DNA of 64,000 nucleotides. Origin: Candidatus Kaiserbacteria bacterium (GTDB taxonomy: Bacteria; Patescibacteriota; Minisyncoccia; Phycocordibacterales; Phycocordibacteraceae). Positions 47,469-57,172 of this stretch are shown one piece after another. The notes below the pieces were generated by a model that saw only the letters and a list, made by a program, of their open reading frames with translations, had not been told where the DNA came from and did no database searches. The DNA is taken from assembly GCA_016217905.1 (NCBI GenBank), contig JACRFL010000001.1, positions 18,287-82,286 on the forward strand, written 5' to 3'. Position numbers and translations under genes: made by a program. Numbering within the stretch: the first letter of the stretch is position 1; each line of letters starts with the position of its first letter.

Positions 47469-48048
47469 ATGGACAAGATAGAGGAACTCGCCACCGCGCT
47501 TGCCCGGCTGCCCGGCATCGGGCCGCGCCAAGGGAAGCGCTTCGTCTTCTACCTCCTCGCCGCCCCTGCGGCAGAACGCGCGAAACTCGCCGAGCTCATC
47601 GCCTCGCTCGGCAAAGAGGTCCGCCAATGCCCCGACTGCCTGCGCTTCTTCAACGAATCTGCGGCGGCCCTGTGCAACTATTGCTCTGATATCAGACGCG
47701 ACGATGCGCTTTTGATGCTCGTAGAAAAAGACCAGGATCTTGTGGCGGTCGAGCGCGCCGGCACCTATAAGGGTCGCTATTTCGTGCTCGGCGGCGTGCT
47801 CACGCTCACAGGCAAGGGTGCAATCCGCGAAAAGGAGTTGGACGCCACCGTGAGGCGACGCCTTGCGGCAGGATTAAAAGAAGTCGTGCTTGCGCTCTCG
47901 GCAACCAACGAGGGAGAACACACCGCCGATCGCGTGCGTGAACTCCTCGCTCCCTATCGCGACCATGTGAAGATTTCCGTGCTCGGCCGCGGCCTCGCCA
48001 CCGGCTCCGAGCTCGAATATTCCGACGCCGAAACCCTCCGCGCTGCCC

Positions 48049-48071
<23 letters not shown>
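47469..48071 (+). CDS. recR: Recombination mediator RecR
   Basis: LPGIGP HhH, CPDC/CNYC zinc finger, Toprim VE...D, EGE.TA, G.ELEY.D. Confidence 0.94.
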
Positions 48072-49464
<1,393 letters not shown>

Positions 49465-49474
49465 GTAGATTTGT

Positions 49475-49792
49475 TTAGCTAATACTGTCTATCTTCACTT
49501 TCAGAATCGGCTGGCGATGCCCTTTGCGCTTGTAGTAGCGGCTCTTCGGTTTATATTTCACCACCTCGACTTTCTTATCCAGTCCGGCCTGAACAACGGT
49601 GCCCCTGACCTCTGCGCCCTTGATAAGGGGCGCCCCGATGGTCGTGTCCGAGCCGTTGTCGACGAGGAGCACCTCGCTAAAGACAACCATGTCACCTTTT
49701 TTCAAATCAAGCGGGAGCTTCTCTATAGCGATAGTGTCGCCCTTAGCGACGACATACTGCTTCCCGCCGGTCTTGATTACGGCCACTTCCAT
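49475..49792 (-). CDS. rplU: 50S ribosomal protein L21
   Basis: AVIKTGGKQY.V..GD, IG.P, GHRQP. Confidence 0.96.
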   Translation of the reverse strand: MEVAVIKTGGKQYVVAKGDTIAIEKLPLDLKKGDMVVFSEVLLVDNGSDTTIGAPLIKGAEVRGTVVQAGLDKKVEVVKYKPKSRYYKRKGHRQPILKVKIDSIS

Positions 49793-50239
49793 AGTCCCAA
49801 CAATCTAGCATTTCCTTACGTAAAAGACAAGGCGGACGGTTGAGCACCCTCTGTCGAGCGATGCAGGCGTTCCAGAGGAGCCGCCTCAAGAAGTTGCGCG
49901 TCCTGTGGAGCGGATGCGAAAAGTAGAGTGCCGTGTCGCCCTCTTTAATGAGCACCCAGCCCGCGTCTTTCTCTCTAGCGCAACCCTCATCAGCGAGATA
50001 GGTGGTCCAGACGTTCACAGTCAGTCCGTTCGCAGTGAACGTGTAGCCTACTTCGCTTCCAACCCGAGGAGTCGGGGCAACGAGTTTGAGACGCTTCGCA
50101 TCACTCGCGAATTCGGATCGTGCAAGCGGGCGGAACCCCCCTGCGCCATAACGCCCAATAGAATTGCCCAAACTCGTTTGCGTTTGGTAACACTTTCTTC
50201 GGCATCTCTGCCTCCATTTTCCAATGAGCCAGCCGGCAT
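49743..50239 (-). pseudogene. Probable frameshifted/degraded hypothetical gene
   Basis: Start-bearing frame (50239, MPAG...MAQGG) and protein-like frame (FRPL...VWTTY...GWVLI...HRT.NFL) meet at a G6 run; tail runs into rplU. Confidence 0.45.
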
Positions 50240-50274
50240 TGTATATTAAAAACGAAAAACCGCCAGCACCCAAA

Positions 50275-51333
50275 CTACTCCTCCGCTGCAAGCGGTTTAT
50301 CGAGGAGTTCGGGTTCGATGCCTATTTTTGACTCGGCGATGCGGTAGACGTCCTTGTCTATCTTGCCGAGCTCCTTGTAGCCCGCGTTGTAGTGGCTGAC
50401 GGTCGTCCCGAGCGAGACGCCGAGCTTGCGGTAGAACTCTTCGTAGGTCGCGACGTGCTTCCCGAGCTCCCCTACCCGCTTCTGGATGTCCGCGGCTTTC
50501 TGCTCTATCTGGAGCGCTTTGAGCCCTTGCATCACCGTCTGGAGGTATGCGAGGAACGACGTCGGCGAAACTATGATGACCTTATATTTGCCTGCCGCCC
50601 TCTGAATCAAATTTTCATCCTCGCCGCCACCTATCTGATTAGTCAACAAATCGTAATAAATGCCTTCAGAGGGAATGAACATGAAGGCGAAGTCCATCGT
50701 GTCTTCTTCTGGGCGGATGTATTTCGCCGTCTCCTGGATGCGCAGCTTGAGATCGTTCACGAACGCTTTCTCCGCGGCCGCGCGCTCTGGCGTGCCCACC
50801 TGCGTGCTCACGAAACGGTTGTAGTTGTCGAGCGAGAATTTGGAGTCCACCGGCACGAGCTTCTTATTGATGACGATAACTGCGTCGACAATCTCTCCGT
50901 TTTTGAACGGATACTGAATCTTATAGTCCTCGGGCGACATCACATTCCGCAAGACCGTCTCCAGATAATATTCGCCGAGGATGCCGCGCTGTTTCGGGTT
51001 CTTGAGAAGGTCTTGGAGCGACTGCAGCTGCTCGGCGTAGGTCTGCGTCTGTCTGCCTATCTCTTTCACCGACGTCAGTTCCGTCGTGATCTCTTTGATG
51101 AGGCGACTGCTCTCGGAAAACTGGCGGTGTGCGTTCTCTTGCATCGCGCGGGACGATTCTGATACTCGCGCGTCGAGCGTGCGCGCGAGCTCTTGCATCT
51201 GCTGTTGGAGCAAGATCATGCTGCCTCCCCCTTCCTCCGCCGTTGCCGAGCGTCGGCGGAGTACGAAATACAGCCCGATGCCCTGCATAAACAGCATCGC
51301 GAGTATGATAAGCGCGATTGTAAACAAGTTCAC
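50275..51333 (-). CDS. rmuC: DNA recombination protein RmuC
   Basis: N-terminal TM and coiled coil, KQRG.LGE..LE, VDSKF, T.DFAFMFIPSE, SPTSFLAYL. Confidence 0.92.
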   Translation of the reverse strand: MNLFTIALIILAMLFMQGIGLYFVLRRRSATAEEGGGSMILLQQQMQELARTLDARVSESSRAMQENAHRQFSESSRLIKEITTELTSVKEIGRQTQTYAEQLQSLQDLLKNPKQRGILGEYYLETVLRNVMSPEDYKIQYPFKNGEIVDAVIVINKKLVPVDSKFSLDNYNRFVSTQVGTPERAAAEKAFVNDLKLRIQETAKYIRPEEDTMDFAFMFIPSEGIYYDLLTNQIGGGEDENLIQRAAGKYKVIIVSPTSFLAYLQTVMQGLKALQIEQKAADIQKRVGELGKHVATYEEFYRKLGVSLGTTVSHYNAGYKELGKIDKDVYRIAESKIGIEPELLDKPLAAEE

Positions 51334-51339
51334 GGATAC

Positions 51340-51347
51340 AGTATACT
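51340..51347. promoter_or_regulatory. Palindromic bidirectional -10 element
   Basis: AGTATACT reads TATACT on both strands, 6 nt from each divergent start codon (51333 and 51354). Confidence 0.7.
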
Positions 51348-51353
51348 TCCCCT

Positions 51354-51809
51354 ATGGCTATCCACGAAACTCTGAAGAAATCCATCCCCGACGCGCTCCG
51401 CGCGCATGACGTCGTAAGGCTCCGGACGCTCCGCTCGCTCGTCACCGCGATGACCAACGAAGTCGTCGTCAAGAAACGTAAACCCGATGAATTCCTTACC
51501 GACGAAGAAGCGCTTGCGATTTTGAAGCGCGCCGGCAGCCAGCGCAAGGACTCCATCGAGCAGTTTGAGAAGGCGTCCCGAAACGATCTCGCGGAGCCGG
51601 AGAAGGCGGAGCTCGCCATCATAGGGTCATACCTACCCCAGATGATGAACCGCGAAGAGATTCTGCCCATCGCGAAAGCAAAAATGGCCGAGCTCGGCGT
51701 CTCGGGCAAGGCAGACGCAGGCAAATTCACCGGCGCCCTGATAAAAGAACTCGAAGGACGCGCTGACGGCGGTGACGTCAAAGCGGTCGTCGACCGCTTG
51801 CTATCATGA
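51354..51809 (+). CDS. GatB/YqeY domain protein
   Basis: RL.TLR, QRKDSIEQF....R.DL...E..EL.I...YLP, K.D.GK..G. Confidence 0.92.
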   Translation: MAIHETLKKSIPDALRAHDVVRLRTLRSLVTAMTNEVVVKKRKPDEFLTDEEALAILKRAGSQRKDSIEQFEKASRNDLAEPEKAELAIIGSYLPQMMNREEILPIAKAKMAELGVSGKADAGKFTGALIKELEGRADGGDVKAVVDRLLS

Positions 51810-51858
51810 CCGAATTGATGTTCAATGACAGACGGACCGTTACTTGGAGCATACAGAT

Positions 51859-52110
51859 ATGAGCAAATTCGAGGGAAAACCAAAAGAAGTCCGGCGGGCC
51901 ATCCTCGCGGATGATCGAGGGGCGCTGAGCGCCATGGGCAAAAAGGGCGCCGAACAGGCGAACATCAACCGCGTGTTCCGAAAGGCCGCTAAAGAAAGAG
52001 TCGTGAAGGAACTCATCCGCGAACAGGCGCCGATCTACTCAGTCGGCCCGGGAGGCGACGTACTGCCCCCGGACCAGAAAGTCCTTGAAGCCCTTTCAGA
52101 AGAGGAATAG
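51859..52110 (+). CDS. Small hypothetical protein with a KGG-like motif
   Basis: SD-like GGAG upstream; ALSAMGKKGAE; followed by a terminator. Confidence 0.6.
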   Translation: MSKFEGKPKEVRRAILADDRGALSAMGKKGAEQANINRVFRKAAKERVVKELIREQAPIYSVGPGGDVLPPDQKVLEALSEEE

Positions 52111-52127
52111 TCACAAATGGCGGACGC

Positions 52128-52157
52128 GCGGGCAGCTTCGGCTCCCGCACTTTTTTT
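52128..52157 (+). terminator. Intrinsic terminator
   Basis: GCGGG-c-AGC-TTCG-GCT-CCCGC, then T7; cUUCGg tetraloop. Confidence 0.75.
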
Positions 52158-52203
52158 ATTGTAAACTTCCCCCTCTTCCTTTTTTCTGTTATAAAACACT
52201 CAC

Positions 52204-52275
52204 GGCCTCATCGTCTAACGGCTAGGACAGCGCCCTCTCACGGCGTAAATCGGGGTTCGATTCCCCGTGAGGTCA
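52204..52275 (+). tRNA. tRNA-Glu(CTC)
   Basis: Acceptor GGCCTCA/TGAGGTC-A, anticodon arm GCGCC-ctCTCac-GGCGT, GGTTCGATTCC; CCA not encoded. Confidence 0.95.
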
Positions 52276-53547
52276 TGATTTATTTATCCACTTCTTCTCC
52301 TGACGGGCCAGCCGCGTCGTGTCGGAAGGATCAGCGAGGAGTGCTTTGACGATGTGTTCGGTGCGGATCGACTGCGACCCTTTCACGAGCACGACGTCGC
52401 CCCGGCGCACGTAGCCGACAAGCGCGGACGCGGCGTCGCGGGAATTGTCGAAGAGAAGAACTTCCCTGTTACCCGCTACGGAGGCGAGTGCGCGGGCGCG
52501 GATACCGACGGCCGCGATGACGTCAGCCGCGTCCCGCGCGAGCGCACCGATGCGCTCGTGCTCCATGACCGAATAGCGGCCGAGCTCGAGCATGTCGCCG
52601 AGGACGGCGATGCGGCGTTTCGCATGGGGGAATGATTTGAGCATCGCAAGCGCCTCCTCGACTGCCGCTGGCGACGCATTGTAAGAATCATCGACGACAA
52701 CCGAGTCGTTCTTCCCGGCGAAAATGCGCCCGCGGCCCGGCGGCGGCTCGTAGCCCTCAAGCGCAGCAAGCGCGTCGACGAGCGGTATCGAAAACGCATG
52801 GGCCGTCGCGAGCGCGGCGGCAACCGGGAGAAGCTGCACTCTTCCCGCAGATCCTTTCACAACACACGTCCCGCGCTCGCCGGCCGCGCACACTTTCGCT
52901 TGCATGCCGATGACCCTCCCTCGCTCTTCGTAAAAATCGCTATCGCTTATCCGTACCGAGGCATCTTCGGCAAAACCGTACGAGATGACGCGAGCGGGCA
53001 TGCGCAGCGCGCTGTCGAGCGCGTACGCATCATCAGCGGGGACGACAAGCGGGGCGGCGGCGGCAAGAGCATAGGCGGGAGAAAATTCTTCCTCCCACAC
53101 CGCCTCGGGCGAAGCATAGGCTTCGACATGCACGGGGATCTTGGGCGTTCGCGTCATCACGACGACGTTCGGCGTCGCGATGCGCAGGATGCGCGCGAGG
53201 TCGCCCGGTCGATCCGCTCCGACCTCAAGCACCAGCATGTTCGGATACTGATTCGGCAGGAGAATGAGCGCGAGAGCGCTTTTCACCACGGAGAGCCACG
53301 CGAGCGGATTGTTCCAGGGGTTCTCCGCGCCGAGGATAGTGAACGGAACACCGAATTCGCTGTTGAAGCTCTTTTCACTCTTGCGGACGAAAAAGCGGGT
53401 GCCGAGCACTGCCGCCACCGCGTCCTTTGTCGATGTTTTCCCCACCGACCCGCTTACCATCACGACCTTCGGGGAGTAGCGTCGGACGACGGCCCGCGAG
53501 AGGAGCGCGAGCGCGGAAACGACGCAGAATTTCAGTATGGTTTTCAT
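52273..53547 (-). CDS. murF: UDP-MurNAc-tripeptide--D-Ala-D-Ala ligase
   Basis: GSVGKTSTK, SFN.E.GVP, VDDSYNASP, VLGDMLELG, LVKGS. Confidence 0.94.
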   Translation of the reverse strand: MKTILKFCVVSALALLSRAVVRRYSPKVVMVSGSVGKTSTKDAVAAVLGTRFFVRKSEKSFNSEFGVPFTILGAENPWNNPLAWLSVVKSALALILLPNQYPNMLVLEVGADRPGDLARILRIATPNVVVMTRTPKIPVHVEAYASPEAVWEEEFSPAYALAAAAPLVVPADDAYALDSALRMPARVISYGFAEDASVRISDSDFYEERGRVIGMQAKVCAAGERGTCVVKGSAGRVQLLPVAAALATAHAFSIPLVDALAALEGYEPPPGRGRIFAGKNDSVVVDDSYNASPAAVEEALAMLKSFPHAKRRIAVLGDMLELGRYSVMEHERIGALARDAADVIAAVGIRARALASVAGNREVLLFDNSRDAASALVGYVRRGDVVLVKGSQSIRTEHIVKALLADPSDTTRLARQEKKWINKS

Positions 53548-55301
53548 GAAAGCGGCGTTGCGGCGGGAGCCGCTTCAGAGGGCAGGCCGCGATCGGGCGG
53601 CACGGCGTAATAGTCGATGAGAAAATGCACGAGGTCAAGGAAGGCGGCGTTGAGCGTCTCCGACGCGTACTCGACGTGCTGCGGATCGTTCGTGTACAGC
53701 AAGATAATGAAGCGCGGATTATATGAAGGGAAAAACCCGACAAACGAGTGGAAAAAGCGGTCGGTGAAATATCCGCCCCTCCCGTTGGTGAGCTGCGCCG
53801 TGCCCGTCTTCGCCGCGACCGACATGGTGGGAATCTTCGCCTTACCGTTTTCGAGCTTCTCGTCGACGACGGCCGTCATCATGCGCGTCGTCTCGCGCAC
53901 GGCCTCCGGAGAGAAGACGGCGACCCTTTCTTCCGAGTCGAGCTTTCGCTCTATGCCGGAATTGAGTCGTATCGCTCTTGCGAGATGCGGCGTAACCATA
54001 ACGCCGCCGTTCGCGAGCGCGCCAAGCGCGCGGACCATCTGTACCGGTGTCATCGCGATTCCCTGCCCATAGGCCGCCGTATCGTACCCGACCTGCTGGG
54101 GCTTCGAGAGGTTCCCGAGAAGCGCGCCCGTCTCGCTCGAGAGGTCGATGCCCGTCTTCTGCCCGAAGAGCGCGGTGAAGTACTTCCGAAACCGTTCTTG
54201 CCCGAGCTCCGTCGCGACCCATGCCGCGCCGACGTTCAGCGACTGGACGATAATCTGCTTCAGAGGGATCACGCCGCGCGGCTTCAGGTCCCAATTGCAC
54301 AGGCGCGCTGTGTTCACTGTGATGCATCCGGTATCGTTGTAGGTCGTCTCCGGCGTGACGACTCCGGCATCGAGCGCCGCCGCCAAGGTGAGAGGCTTCA
54401 TGATGGACCCGAACTCGTGCACGTGTTCGACGAGCGGATTCCCGAGAAGCGACGGATCGACATTCCGCAGATCGTTCCCGTCGTAGGACGGATAGGCCGC
54501 AAGCGCGATGATCTCGCCCGTCGAGGGGTTCATTATGATTCCTCCGGATTCTTTGCTTGTGTAGCGCGTCGTCACTTCTGCAAGATCATGCTCGAGCCGA
54601 AGCTGGACCTCGGGCTCGATGCTCGTTACGATGTCGCCCTCGCGCGCATCCTTCGCGTCGACGAGCAAGTTGCCGACGTTGGAGAAGAGCTGTGCGAAGA
54701 AGTTCTTGTAGAGCGAGTCGCCGGTGCGCGAAAGAGTGCCGTCATACACGGTCTCGAGGCCGGTCTGGCCGACGAGCGCGTCGCCCGAGCCGTAAGAGAC
54801 GATCCCGACCGATTGTGCGGCGAGCGAGCCGCCGGGATAATAGCGCCAGCGTTCGCGCAGTACCAGAATACCGGGGACATTCCGCGCGGCGAGCGCCCGG
54901 CCCGCCTCCTCGGGAAGGCGGTGCGCGACCTCAATGTACGTCTGCCCTTTCTTCGCCGCGGCCGCAAGGAACGCGTCGCGGCTCACGAGGGTCGAAGATG
55001 CCGCCGCGGCTATCGCGGCGTACGCGCTCTCGGGGTCGGCGAGCGTCTGCGGATTGATCGCGACGAGAAAACCGGTCGCCAGAGTCGCGGCGGAAATGAG
55101 CGCTCCGTCCTTGCGGGTGAGGTAGATCGATCCGCGGTCGAAGAGCCCGCTCCCGCCGGAAGCGAATTGCCGATCGGCTTTCCGCGCGTAATCCTCCCCG
55201 TACACGATCTGAAGGAAATATAAACGCAGGAGAATAAGGAGCGCGATAAGGAGAACGAAAAAAAGTATGAGGCGTATGCGCGAGCGGAATTGCGCGCGCA
55301 T
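53544..55301 (-). CDS. ftsI: Class B penicillin-binding protein FtsI
   Basis: TM, RG.I, R.YP.G, GLE, GSIMK (SxxK), SLN, KTGTAQ; downstream of mraZ-rsmH. Confidence 0.88.
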   Translation of the reverse strand: MRAQFRSRIRLILFFVLLIALLILLRLYFLQIVYGEDYARKADRQFASGGSGLFDRGSIYLTRKDGALISAATLATGFLVAINPQTLADPESAYAAIAAAASSTLVSRDAFLAAAAKKGQTYIEVAHRLPEEAGRALAARNVPGILVLRERWRYYPGGSLAAQSVGIVSYGSGDALVGQTGLETVYDGTLSRTGDSLYKNFFAQLFSNVGNLLVDAKDAREGDIVTSIEPEVQLRLEHDLAEVTTRYTSKESGGIIMNPSTGEIIALAAYPSYDGNDLRNVDPSLLGNPLVEHVHEFGSIMKPLTLAAALDAGVVTPETTYNDTGCITVNTARLCNWDLKPRGVIPLKQIIVQSLNVGAAWVATELGQERFRKYFTALFGQKTGIDLSSETGALLGNLSKPQQVGYDTAAYGQGIAMTPVQMVRALGALANGGVMVTPHLARAIRLNSGIERKLDSEERVAVFSPEAVRETTRMMTAVVDEKLENGKAKIPTMSVAAKTGTAQLTNGRGGYFTDRFFHSFVGFFPSYNPRFIILLYTNDPQHVEYASETLNAAFLDLVHFLIDYYAVPPDRGLPSEAAPAATPLS

Positions 55302-55302
55302 A

Positions 55303-55596
55303 CTAGCGCGAGGCGGTCGCGCTCTGCGCGCGCACGAATGTCTGGACGGAGGGTTTCGCGTAGCCGGCTGCGGCATAGTCCGTCCGAGTGATGTCTGCCA
55401 TGCCAGCGAGATATTCCGACTCAAGAGCGGCGACCGCGGCCTCCTCGTTTCTCACCGATTGCGAGAACTCGACGGTGAGCGCCGCGTAGCTCATCACCAC
55501 TGCGATGAGGCCGATGTAAGCGACAAGAAGGACTCCGACCGCGCCGAGGCAGGCCGATAGCGGGGAAAACAGGAGACGGAAGCGGGCGCTACGCAT
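55303..55596 (-). CDS. Putative FtsL-like protein
   Basis: TM plus short coiled coil between rsmH and ftsI; ends A..AGY.KP; assigned by synteny. Confidence 0.6.
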   Translation of the reverse strand: MRSARFRLLFSPLSACLGAVGVLLVAYIGLIAVVMSYAALTVEFSQSVRNEEAAVAALESEYLAGMADITRTDYAAAGYAKPSVQTFVRAQSATASR

Positions 55597-56566
55597 ACAC
55601 CGGGATAGATTCCAACGAATCGGCCATGCTCGCTTTCGGGACGGTGACGACCCGCTCGAACACGCGCAGTTTCGCGCTCCTCGCGCGGCGGTTCGCAAGA
55701 ATTTCGAAGCGCGAAGGAACGATCGGCTTTTTCGGGCGTACCGCGCCAAGTCCCGCCTGCGCCGCGTCGCGTAGCAGGTTCTTCACCACGCGATCCTCGA
55801 CGCTGTGAAATGAGATCACCGCCAGCCTTCCCCCGGGAGCGAGCGCGCGCAAGGCGGCGGCAAGCCCCTCGCGGAGCGCGCCGATCTCGTCGTTTACCGC
55901 GATGCGCAGCGCCTGGAACGTCTTTGTCGCCGGGTGAATCTTCCGTTGCCGATACCACTGCGGCACGCCCGTGAGAATGGCGTTCACGAGGACGCCGGTC
56001 GTCAGGATCCGTCCGCGGGAACGCTCCGCGACAATCGCCTGCGCGATAGAATGCGCAAAGAGCTCTTCGCCGTACGTGAAAATAAGGTCGGCGAGATCTT
56101 CTTTCGAAAAAGTGTTGACGATATCGGCGGCCGTCTCGCTTGTCCTGAGTCCGGTCGAGGGACCGCCTTCGCCGTAGGTCATAAGAAGCGGTTCATCGCG
56201 CCGGAAGGAGAATCCGCGCGGCGAGCCGATCTGGTAGCCGCTCCAGCCGAGGTCGAAGAGAATCTTGTCGACCGGGACGATATTGAGCCGTTCCAGGATC
56301 CGCGCAAGATTGCGGAAATTGTCGTTGATAAGGTGCGCCACCGGGCGCTCGGGCCGGCGATCGTTCCCGTACGCTTCTCGCGCGCGCTCGACCGCCGCCG
56401 GATCGGCGTCGATGCCGACGATCGTGCCGTCTCCGCCGAGCCTGCTCAAGATCTCCTTGAAATGTCCCGCTCCGCCGAGCGTCGCGTCGACGACGGTATC
56501 GCTTGGCTGTATGTGAAGCACCTCCAGCACTTCCTTCACAAGCACGCTGTCGTGACGGGCTTCCAT
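55589..56566 (-). CDS. rsmH: 16S rRNA m4C1402 methyltransferase
   Basis: H.SVL..E, DATLGGAGH, DLG.S..Q, TFQALRIAVN.E, ISFHS.EDR.VK, RARSAKLR. Confidence 0.97.
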   Translation of the reverse strand: MEARHDSVLVKEVLEVLHIQPSDTVVDATLGGAGHFKEILSRLGGDGTIVGIDADPAAVERAREAYGNDRRPERPVAHLINDNFRNLARILERLNIVPVDKILFDLGWSGYQIGSPRGFSFRRDEPLLMTYGEGGPSTGLRTSETAADIVNTFSKEDLADLIFTYGEELFAHSIAQAIVAERSRGRILTTGVLVNAILTGVPQWYRQRKIHPATKTFQALRIAVNDEIGALREGLAAALRALAPGGRLAVISFHSVEDRVVKNLLRDAAQAGLGAVRPKKPIVPSRFEILANRRARSAKLRVFERVVTVPKASMADSLESIPVYA

Positions 56567-56571
56567 GAGAC

Positions 56572-57003
56572 TTAGGCGGATTCGCCGCTCGCCGTCTCGG
56601 CGAGCGCCTCCGCGTCGCGCTCAATGGCCCGCGTGTACCTCTTCCACGCGCCTTCTTCCCAGATCTCGACCCGATCCGCGACGCCGGCGATGACGGCCCT
56701 GCCGGAGAGGCCGGCAAATGACTTGAGGTTTTCCGGTATTAGAACCCGGCCGGCCTTGTCGATGTCGCTCTCGAACGAACCCGCAAGGAAAAGGCGCGCG
56801 AGGCCGCGCGAGGCCGCGCTCCCGCTCACTTGCGCGGCGTAATGCGCGGCCTCGCGTTCCCAGGCCTTGCGCGCGAAGACGTACAGACAATGATCAAGGC
56901 CGCGTGTCACCACGACAACGCGGCCGAGATCCTTCCGGAATTTCGAAGGGATCGAAATTCTATTCTTAGAATCGAAAGTGTGTAGATATTCTCCGAGGAA
57001 CAT
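56572..57003 (-). CDS. mraZ: Transcriptional regulator MraZ
   Basis: MFLGEY.H..D.KNR..IP, TRGLD.CL, D..GR.LIP, EIW. Confidence 0.95.
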   Translation of the reverse strand: MFLGEYLHTFDSKNRISIPSKFRKDLGRVVVVTRGLDHCLYVFARKAWEREAAHYAAQVSGSAASRGLARLFLAGSFESDIDKAGRVLIPENLKSFAGLSGRAVIAGVADRVEIWEEGAWKRYTRAIERDAEALAETASGESA

Positions 57004-57035
57004 AGCGGAAGATGGCGATGCGACGAGGGAACAGG

Positions 57036-57095
57036 CCACCACTCCCGTATCCCACTCCACTCACCATCGTTGGAGTATATCCCACTCTCCCCCAC
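57036..57095 (-). promoter_or_regulatory. mraZ promoter with GTGG(G) MraZ boxes
   Basis: GTGGG on - strand at 57091-95, 57081-85, 57051-55 (10-bp register) plus GTGG copies, flanking TATACT (57074-57079). Confidence 0.7.
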
Positions 57096-57108
57096 AGCCC
57101 TGCGTTGG

Positions 57109-57117
57109 TTATCCACA
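57109..57117 (+). promoter_or_regulatory. Consensus DnaA box
   Basis: TTATCCACA exact match in the lysS-mraZ intergenic region. Confidence 0.55.
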
Positions 57118-57122
57118 GCACG

Positions 57123-57153
57123 CAGCGGCGCGGCCTTGTAGGCCGCGCCGCTG
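57123..57153. terminator. GC-rich hairpin downstream of lysS
   Basis: Perfect 14-bp stem CAGCGGCGCGGCCT/AGGCCGCGCCGCTG; no U-tail on the lysS strand. Confidence 0.55.
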
Positions 57154-57172
57154 TTCCAGAAACCGTATCCTG

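Noticed and set aside
57109-57117. Replication origin
   Set aside because: Single DnaA box, no box cluster or AT-rich unwinding element, no dnaA/dnaN nearby.
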